Source: Octopus sinensis (Eukaryota). Taken from it: a stretch of 64,000 bases of DNA. The notes below the pieces were generated by a model. The model worked only from the letters and a program-made list of their open reading frames with translations. It did no database searches and was not told the origin of the DNA. The translations under genes and the position numbers were made by a program. Where the stretch lies: NCBI RefSeq assembly GCF_006345805.1, contig NC_043019.1, positions 7,749,360 through 7,813,359 on the forward strand, read 5' to 3'. Every line of letters begins with the position of its first letter. Positions within the stretch are counted from its first letter, which is position 1. This document shows, one piece after another, positions 55,324 through 64,000 of the stretch.

Positions 55324-55556
55324 TTCTTTACTACCCACAAGGGGCTAAACACAGAGGAGTCAAACAAGGACAGACAAAGGGATTAAGTCGATTACATCGA
55401 CCCCAGTGCGTAACTGGTACTTAATTTATCGACCCCGGAAGGATGAAAGGCAAAGTCGACCTCGGCGGATTTGAACACGGAACGTAACGGCAGACGAAAT
55501 ACGGCAACGCATTTCGCCGGCGTGCTAACGTTTCTGCCAGCTCGCCGCCTTCAGTC

Positions 55557-55622
<66 letters not shown>

Positions 55623-55638
55623 TATATTATATATAATA

Positions 55639-55716
<78 letters not shown>

Positions 55717-55724
55717 CATATTAT

Positions 55725-55792
<68 letters not shown>

Positions 55793-55954
55793 TATATAAT
55801 TTTAAATGTAGAGCAACGAGAAGAGAGAGTTAAGTGGGATAATAATAGGTATATGTAAAATTTTTAATAAATCTTAGGAAAATGAAGGGCGTTCCACCAC
55901 GTTTCGAAACCCCGCTTTGATAAACCAGATTTAAAAAAAAGAAAATATATATAT

Positions 55955-55988
<34 letters not shown>

Positions 55989-55990
55989 GG
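55115..55990. repeat. ~150-bp inverted repeats (55115-55271 and 55816-55990) enclosing (TA)n-SINE-(TA)n
   Basis: Left GTTTCGATACGTGGAACGCCCTT...TTATTATCCCACTTAACTCT is the reverse complement of right AGAGTTAAGTGGGATAATAA...AAGGGCGTTCCACCACGTTTCGAAAC, with moderate divergence. Confidence 0.85.
55321..55550 (-). mobile_element. tRNA-derived SINE family B (young-looking)
   Basis: Head GGCGGCGAGCTGGCAGAAACGTTAGCACGCC, B box GTGTTCAAATCC, GCCTTTCATCCTTCCGGGGTCGATAAATTAAGTACCAG core. Confidence 0.9.
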
Positions 55991-56329
55991 GGCGGGGTGA
56001 GATAGGTGATACATCTTCATTCAGGGTTCCAACAATATGTTTACCGCCTCAATATGAGTTGTCTGTCTATCAAGCTAGAGATCTAACTACCTGACGTTTC
56101 TCTAACTATGCTTCTGTTCATATTTACATTTTAATCTTTCTTTTTCTCTCTCTCTTCCCCCCCCCCATCTCTCTCTCTCTTTTACTTTCCACCCCGCTTT
56201 CTCTCTCGCTATCTTTCAATCTGTATGTCAGTCTACGTCTAGCTATGTATCGATATATTTATCAATATCTCAATGTCACTCTCTCTATCTGAAAATATGT
56301 ATTTAACCCCCCCCACACACACACACACA

Positions 56330-56510
56330 CACTCACACATATGCGACGGGGTTATTTCTCTTTTGTTTTCCACATCCACTCAAAAGTCTTTGGTCGACCC
56401 GAAGCCATAGTAGAAGACACTTGCCCAAAGTGCCACGCAGTGGGATTGAACCCGGAACCATGTCGTGGGGAAGCAAGCTTCTGACCACACAGCCACACCA
56501 ACGCCGCACA
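56330..56510 (-). mobile_element. SINE family A 5' module
   Basis: Reverse complement of the head module (AGAAGACACTTGCCCAAAGTGCCACGCAGTGGGATTGAACCCGG). Confidence 0.8.
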
Positions 56511-56711
56511 TACATTCTATAACGTGGTACTAAATCACCTTGAATCTACAAATTTTACTTCCATGCAACTGGCATCTTCAAGAACAAACTCTCACTGTCT
56601 GTCTGTCTGTCTGTCTGACTGTTTATCACACCGCCTCTTTCTCTGTCTCTCTTTCTTTCTTTCTTCCTTCCTTTTCCTCTCTCTCTTTGCCTCACACAAT
56701 ATTCTATGTAG

Positions 56712-56928
56712 CCGCAGTTAAATTCAATGGGAAAGTCACAGCGCAAATTATTCGAACACTATTGAATAACATGTGTGAATGGATTTCATAGAAATACTCA
56801 CGTAATTAACATTGTGTTGGAACTGTGTGCTAGAGACTTCCTGTTTCATGCTGTAAAGAAAGCCGGAAGTGATATTATGATATCGTGTATAAATTATATC
56901 ATACAATGTGGAGACTCACATCAACCTG
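56712..56928 (+). pseudogene. Candidate exon with a 1-nt frameshift near 56790 (or shorter exon 56792-56928)
   Basis: Pyrimidine tract and atgtag| acceptor; AAVKFNGKVTAQIIRTLLNNMCEWIS / RNTHVINIVLELCARDFLFHAVKKAGSDIMISCINYIIQCGDSHQP; donor CTG|gttaga, phase 1. Confidence 0.5.
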
Positions 56929-57279
56929 GTTAGATATACAAACAAGTACATAAGCGCGATTCAATAAATTACTACACATGATCCTCTAAAAAAGTATGTA
57001 TACAAATCGTTGTATGTACGTTACGTTTATGTTTATATTTATGAATTTATTTGTGTACACCCACGCACACGCACACACACACTCTCTCACACACTCACAT
57101 ACACACACACAAACACATATATATATATATATACATAGCGCGGTATAAATAATATAGATATTACTGCATAGGTATCTCTCTATCTATCTGTATATATGAT
57201 GATGATGATGATGATGATGATGATAATAATAATAATAATAGATGGGTGGATGAAGGAAATGGGCATAAAAGCCAGTTTA

Positions 57280-57312
57280 GTATAGCTGATAGACAGATAG
57301 ATAGATAGATAA

Positions 57313-57343
<31 letters not shown>

Positions 57344-57461
57344 GACAGATAGCTAGATAGTAAGATAGACAGACACATAGAAAGATAGACAGACAGATAG
57401 ACATATAATTAGATAGATAGATAGATACATATATATATAAAACATATATATATAGAGAGAG

Positions 57462-57554
<93 letters not shown>

Positions 57555-57555
57555 T
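57280..57555. repeat. (AGAT)n microsatellite
   Basis: Directly visible. Confidence 0.95.
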
Positions 57556-57694
57556 ACGTTCATCCGAATGTGAATTATGTTTTTGTGACAATATATATGT
57601 ATATATTGTATATGTATGTATGATGTACTAAATATCTTCTAACCCTATCCGAAAACTAAATCAATTTATAGCTTCCGATTAGAAATCAATACAG

Positions 57695-57792
57695 AGTTAA
57701 AGCTGAGCTTCACGAAACATGAGTCATCCAAGAACTTTGTAACTTCACTCGAACTGTTTCTGCATATCCGCATCTGGCCAGATGATACGCAG
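57695..57792 (+). pseudogene. Candidate exon (phase 1 to 0), ELKLSFTKHESSKNFVTSLELFLHIRIWPDDTQ
   Basis: atacag|AG...ACGCAG|gtatag; open; phases fit both neighbours. Confidence 0.55.
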
Positions 57793-58179
57793 GTATAGAT
57801 TGATGTTGAATGAGAACAGTTATTCTAAACTATTTGAAGAAGAGAGCGTTAAATAATGAGGTTTGAGAGACTTCATTTCAAATTTTAAATTCATTCAAAT
57901 ATATTTAATTTGTTTTAATTTTATGCATATTTTTTCATTTTATATTTGTATTCTTTGATTGCAATATATTTAATTCCATAAAAACAGAATCGTATGCAGC
58001 TTTAACTCCATGACAATTGACACTATTAATACACAGCATCTGAGATTTTGGTGAAACGCATCCTTAAACGGTTAAAGATAAATTCTGACAATTGTCAAGC
58101 AAGTGTGTAATTATTGATGAAATGGAATAGAAATGAAATGATTGATCTAACGAACGTGGGATTCATAATGTTTCTACAG

Positions 58180-58420
58180 GCTCCCTTTGCACTAATTAAT
58201 TGATTATCCAGTAAGTTCAATCACCTTCCTGAAGATTTTAATGACGTAATTCGGGAGAATGCGGAAGCAAAGAAGCTGGGAGAAAATTCAGAGTAAAAAA
58301 AAAGGGGAATATCACTTATTCGTAACCTTCTTTGTAACCAGTCACAGTCTCCCACTGAGCTAGAAATAATAGCCAAGAATCCACTGATGAAATACATCAG
58401 AGAAGTCTATACTGTTCAAG
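58180..58420 (+). pseudogene. Candidate exon (phase 0 to 1) with in-frame TGA (58201) and TAA (58294)
   Basis: tgtttctacag|GCT...CAAG|gtacaa; APFALIN*LSSKFNHLPEDFNDVIRENAEAKKLGENSE*KKRGISLIRNLLCNQSQSPTELEIIAKNPLMKYIREVYTVQ. Confidence 0.55.
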
Positions 58421-58546
58421 GTACAAGTATACTGAAAAAAATATTTTTCTCCAAATCTATATACGGGTGAGAGGAAACAATGCTACTTTTTTTTTGTGGA
58501 CACATTAATCTTTATGTGTCGTACCTCTTCTTTATTTGGGATTTAG

Positions 58547-58603
58547 TTATTCAAGAGAAAGAAAACTATAATCCAGGAATAGTCATCGCCCATGCTGAAC
58601 AAA
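58547..58603 (+). pseudogene. Candidate exon (phase 1 to 1), VIQEKENYNPGIVIAHAEQ
   Basis: ctcttctttatttgggatttag| acceptor and CAAA|gtaaga donor; open. Confidence 0.55.
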
Positions 58604-58770
58604 GTAAGATCGGCGTTGATTAGAATCAAATATTGTGAACGGATTCGAGTGCCTATGATAATGGTCGGTAGATAATAACTCGTTAATTCCATACTAAGAA
58701 CTCTGGAAAGTAATTCACTTCCCTCGTAAACCATTCTTAGCTGGGTTGATGTAAAAACCAATCTCTTCAG

Positions 58771-58823
58771 TGTATATCAGAGATCTGGAACATTGTCTAT
58801 TGTATACACATGGCAATCTATAA
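58771..58823 (+). pseudogene. Candidate exon (phase 1 start), MYIRDLEHCLLYTHGNL*
   Basis: aatctcttcag| acceptor; phase fits. The TAA may be the true stop or another nonsense change. Confidence 0.4.
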
Positions 58824-59276
58824 AATCTTCGTGACAATGAAAGATTTTCATTCGGCAAGAAATGAAATTATTCCATGCAAGCAATCTTACTCTGCCGTTG
58901 CAATATTCTAAGACTATGAGCAGGAACTGAGTCCATTTTCTTACTTAGTTTGACTTTGATTTAACTCTTTTGAAGGAGACACACAAAAATAGAATGTAAT
59001 TAATTATGAGAAATTATAATTAATACAGCAGCACATTCAGCAGATGACATTTCAATAACTGCGAAGCATGAAGGCACACATGTGAGTTTATGTTCCTAAA
59101 AATCTATGACCGTTTATATGTGTGTGTATATGTATATCCATGCATATGTCGATAGATACCATGTATATACAATTCTATATACCCATATTCATTTATATAT
59201 TATAAGCAAACAAATCAATACATATATGCATGTATACTTAATATATATCGATATTTATCTAACCAAACATACGTGC

Positions 59277-59329
<53 letters not shown>

Positions 59330-59591
59330 TGTATGTATATATATGTATATATAAATGTATATATATATATATATATATTTATATTATATATATATTATAT
59401 ATTATATTGATGTATGTAATATGGTGTATATATACATATATATATATATACATTTATATATACATATATATAGGGAATTATATGCATAAATGCATATATC
59501 ATATATGAATTTCATTTACCTCACGCACAAACACGAACATTTATCAATATACATGTTCATAAGTATATACATCTATACCTATGTATGTATA

Positions 59592-59627
<36 letters not shown>

Positions 59628-60109
59628 GATATAGCAGACACACTAGCAGGCACATGTGAACACACATATAAATAAACACGACGACAATCTAAAGCCGAGG
59701 AATTCAATCTAGCCAACCTACAGAGTTAATCCCTAAAGCTTTCAATAAATTCTTACTAATCTTCTTACTGTTTTCTTTCTCTTCTTTTTTTTTTCATTTC
59801 GTATATTTTATCTCAATGATAGAAGAGGAAACGTAACACGCCGTAGATTACGATTCACCAGATTATTAATGATATATATGCAACCACGGAACATTTTTCA
59901 CACGTAGCTCTTACAAAGTTGTGCTTATTGTTTGTGTAGTCTTAACGTGGTGACGTAGAACCAAGGATTTCTCAAACTTTAAATACACTGTGTATGTCTT
60001 AATGTGCTTGAATATGTCTGCGTGCGCATGCAGTTAGGAGTGTATGTATAAATGTGTGTATATATATATGTATGTGTGTGTGTGTGTGTGTGTATGTGTG
60101 TGTGTGTGT

Positions 60110-60270
60110 GTATAGTTGAAATTTACAGAAAAATAAAAGACGAAGACAGATGTATGAACAACAAGCAGGTGTGTAAGTTTGACGCTTGGGAAAGTGAGAA
60201 AGTCGTTTACGTTTCCAGCCTACGCTCTTCAACAGGAGGGAACAAGAGAAAATAAACAGAGACAGAGAGA
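60110..60270 (-). mobile_element. Short hammerhead-like element (degraded)
   Basis: Minus strand CTGTTGAAGAGCGTAGGCTGGAAACGTAAACGAC; same family as 10070. Confidence 0.55.
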
Positions 60271-61071
60271 GAAAGAAAAAAACAACTTTTGGAACTAGTG
60301 GTCAATTACTTTCATATATATATATATAATATATATATATATACAAACAAGAGAGGGAAAGAGATGTTTGTGTACATATGCATAATCTTTATCTCTCTCT
60401 CCAAGTATATATATATGAGATAACGAGGGTAGCTATATCCAGTACAAGACAAACTGAAGTGATACTTAGGTGTGCCGGGTAGCATACATGTTGCTGGAAG
60501 TAAGAGTTAAAACCCTGTCACAATTGATGAGCTTGAACTCATGAAGTTAATCTCGTCTTTTCTAGTGAATAGTTTTGCTTTGGGTGGGATATCTACCCTC
60601 TCAGTATGCGAAAATGTGCTTTCCTGCGGCTCTAAGGATTCTTACCTCTTCTTTCTAGCAATATAGGTGCTATCGTGCACCACTCAAACGAGTGAACTAT
60701 CAGATGATTTTATGCACTGCACACAATGTTATATCGTTGTAGATCTTGTGACGTGACACCACACATCAAATTATCGCTGCTGTAATCTTCTCTCCTGCGC
60801 CAATGTTAAGGGTAGATCTTTTGTACAATGTGATTAATATACCACAAGTATTTCTTCAAATACATGGATATCCGTTTGCCAATCTCTTCAAAGTACGGAC
60901 CCTATGCCATAGCCTCACCTCCCCGCACTTCATAACTAAGTCTTACAACGTATGGCTGCGTTGCAACACAATTATGTTTCCTTAACTTACACTTCTACCT
61001 ACAGTATTAACTCAAAACAAAACCAAGAGGCTATGGAACCTATAACTGTTAAAGGATTTTTACTGTATATA

Positions 61072-61275
61072 AGGCGGCGAGCTGGTAGGAAACGTTCGCA
61101 CGCCGGGCGAAATGGTTATCGAAATTTTGTCTGCCTTTACATTATGAGTTCAAATTCCGCCGTAGACGACTTTGCTTTTCGGGGTCGATAAATTAAGTAC
61201 CAGTTGCATAATGGAGTCAATCTAATCGTATGACCTATCCCCAAAATTATCGGGCCTTGTGCATCGAATAGAAAA
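61072..61275 (+). mobile_element. tRNA-derived SINE family B
   Basis: GGCGGCGAGCTGG head, GAGTTCAAATTCC, GGGGTCGATAAATTAAGTACCAG. Confidence 0.85.
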
Positions 61276-62042
61276 GGATAACTAGAGTGTATATGTCTTG
61301 GTCAATAACAACGCATATCGTGTAAAGATTGCGATGCCACAAATATTCACTTCAAATAGAATTACCAGATTCTACAAACTGGCGTCGTTAAGTTAGACAC
61401 AGCCTGGGGGGGGTGCAATTTTGACCTCGTAACACATACGTACCCACATATACACAACACACACAAGAACACACCACACTTTCTCAAACCCATACAAGTA
61501 TGTGTGTGTGTGTGTGTGTGTGCATATTTGTGTATCTACGCGTATACGTTCACGAATAACTAGGATAATAAATATAACGAATGTGATAATGAAAATGATG
61601 GTGATGTTGATGACGACTCCACTGACTGCGCTGGTGATGACAATCAGAGGTGTGAACAGTTCAGAGACAATATTTATTATTTGCAGTGTTTGTTTTTGAG
61701 AATCATCTGTGAATAAATATGTGATCTTAAAACCGGTTCCTGTATTTTTTTCTTATTTTATGTATGCACTTTGATACACACACATCCATAACCATACATA
61801 TTGATCATTCTGAATTTTACCAATTTATCAGAACTATCTCCACACTGTAACTCTAATAAAAACAACTTCTTCTCCTTCCTTTGACCAGACGATTTTTAAT
61901 AACGCTCTCTCGCTTTACTGCCATTATATACCTATATATTACATACATATAATATATATATATATATATTATATATATATATATATAGATATATATATAT
62001 TATATATATATATAATATATATAATAGATATATAATATATTA

Positions 62043-62142
62043 TTATATAGAAGGAGCTTCTACACAGGACTAGAACTGTTTCATTCAAGAGAAATCTTCA
62101 GGAATCTTCAGTTCTAGTCCTGTAGAAGCTCCTTCTATATAA
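62043..62142. repeat. Short foldback (34-36-bp arms) with truncated hammerhead-like core
   Basis: TTATATAGAAGGAGCTTCTAC(AC)AGGACTAGAACTG ... CAGTTCTAGTCCTGTAGAAGCTCCTTCTATATAA. Minus strand reads CTGAAGA-TTTCTCTTGAAT-GAAA-CAGTTCTA-GTC. Confidence 0.75.
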
Positions 62143-62844
62143 TAAATTAATTTTACTCTACTATGTATTGAGTACCTTATTTACTGTGGTTAACCCCGAA
62201 TCAACCCGGGACCTACATAATATATATCCCACATTGTAATTTATTGATTTCATTTGCCCTGTTGCCATTATTTGTTGTATTTCTTAGATACTTACACACT
62301 TAAATAACAAGTCTCTTTTTTAATTGCTTTCATAATCTGTCTTTCGCTGTTTTCCATCTTACTATATTAAATATATGAGACTTGGTCGGATTTGTGTTTA
62401 GTATGCAGAAGGCTTCGCCTATCTACTTCCCTACAGCCACACTGTTGATATGCATAAGCGTCGTTGCTACTACAAATACTTATTCTTATATATTCTTCAC
62501 GTTTGTTAATGAGAAGTAAAATATAGCGTGTTTCAGAAATGTAATAATAACAAATACACCACGTGATATCAGCGGTTTGTATTACGATTTGATCCATTCC
62601 TTGGTCTTTATTTTTTCCCCGAAGCCTGTCATCTCATCGTACTATGGGTTATTCTGGAGCACAAAATCGAAGTGGTTCATCGAATACATCAACTTCGGAG
62701 ATCATTTATTTAATATCAGGAACTTATTGTATCAATCGTTTGTAGATCATGTGTAACAGGGTATAAGCGAACCGACATAGCTTTTCAGCCGAGGACATAC
62801 TCGAACAAGCAAACGCACGTACGTGAATATTTGTATTTATATAT

Positions 62845-63000
62845 GTATGGGGGGAGAATTCACAGAAAAACAAAGACGAAGACAGGTGGTGTAGAAAAAA
62901 GAATCAGATGTATTAGTATAACGCTCGGGAATTGAAAACGTCTTTAACTTTTCGAGCCTACGCTCTTCTACAGAAAGAACAAGGAGAGAAACAAGGGGTC
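62845..63000 (-). mobile_element. Short hammerhead-like element
   Basis: Minus strand TCTTT-CTGTAGA-A-GAGC-GTAG-GCTC-GAAA-AG-TT-AAAGA. Confidence 0.6.
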
Positions 63001-63779
63001 AAAAAGTGTGTGTAGTGGCTAGCGGTCTATCATGGCGAAGATATATATATATATATATATCTACACGCATGCATACACACACATACACACTGGCCCACAC
63101 AAACACACTCACCCATACGCATATATGTAACTATATATAACATACTCATAATTATATTTTCTTTGGTTGGAAATCTCCTCTTCTCACTCTCAGCGCCACC
63201 TGTAGGAAGCATCTCACTGGATTCCTGTAGAATATTTTAAATCTGTTTTATGTTGATTCACTCCTTTTTAGCGACACTTAAAACAAATTCGGATATGCAG
63301 TGTTTTATATTAACATACTGATTTCTCAATCGCTCTCTCAAAATACGTGAGTGTTTGTGTGTGTGTGTCTGTGTTTGTGTGTGTGTGTGTTTGTGTGTAC
63401 GAGTCTGTGTGCGTGTCATTGTGCATATACTAAATAATTCGATATACAGCAGTGGTTTAATTATGATATGATTCATATTATATTCAAAGAGTTTCTATAA
63501 AGGACATAATCCTATAAACGGATTATGATCCCTCTATGTGTGAATGTATACGTTTGTATGGATATAGATATATATATTGATAGATAAACTGATAAATTGG
63601 TAGCTCTGATAGCTACGTAGCTAGCTAGATAGAAAGAAAGATAGATACATGGGGAGCTAAATAGATAGGAACATAGATAGATGAACATATATATATATAT
63701 GTATATATATATATAATATATATATATATATATTATATATGAATAAATGAAAGATGAAACATGTTAACAAATTCCTTTA

Positions 63780-63860
63780 CTCTCGACGCATGTTTCGAAG
63801 ACAGCATATTTTCATTCCGAAGGAATAAAGGTGCATTATGCAATATTCTCATCAGGAAAA
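63780..63860 (-). ncRNA. Type I hammerhead ribozyme with long, branched stem II
   Basis: Minus strand TTTTC-CTGATGA-GAATATTGCAT...ATGCTGTCTTC-GAAA-CATGC-GTC-GAGAG: full canonical core, GUC triplet (+ 63785-63787), stem III AC/GT, 5-bp stem I with two G-U pairs. Confidence 0.75.
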
Positions 63861-63962
63861 AGAATGGGAGCCTCTCTCAACAACAAGACAAACACAATTT
63901 CGATGATTGCCTACATGGTAAACAAAAACCATGCTGACGATAAACATAGGATAATTCATTCA

Positions 63963-64000
<38 letters not shown>

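Noticed and set aside
56810-56870. IVLELCARDFLFHAVKKAG resembles protein-kinase subdomain V
   Set aside because: Flanking exons lack the HRD/DFG and VAIK motifs; treated as chance similarity.
58201-58203. In-frame TGA as selenocysteine
   Set aside because: A TAA occurs in the same exon, there is no redox CxxU-type context, and no SECIS was recognised.
58385-58400. CTGATGA motifs here and at ~24118, 24834 and 52524
   Set aside because: No correctly placed GAAA box or three-stem fold follows.

Overview
AT-rich, microsatellite-saturated eukaryotic (animal) DNA with one 100-N assembly gap. The repeat families and composition look like an octopus (coleoid cephalopod); this is an inference from recalled SINE sequences, not a database result. 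Nearly all ORFs in the supplied track are translations of simple repeats. Supportable content: (1) a 277-bp 28S rRNA fragment flanked by a 9-bp direct repeat; (2) dead transposon pieces: a Tc1/mariner transposase, a Penelope-like RT fragment, and an R4/Dong-type restriction-like-endonuclease 3' end sitting in (AAT)n; (3) many tRNA-derived SINEs; (4) a dense set of hammerhead-ribozyme motifs in short (TA)n-anchored, often inverted elements typical of Penelope-like elements. These include a ~350-bp near-perfect palindrome with one canonical hammerhead on each strand, nested inside a SINE, and a canonical hammerhead with a long stem II near the window end; (5) a chain of phase-compatible + strand exon candidates (16 kb to 59 kb), several carrying in-frame stops, most simply an unprocessed pseudogene of an unidentified large protein. 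All structure and splice calls were made by eye and need computational confirmation.
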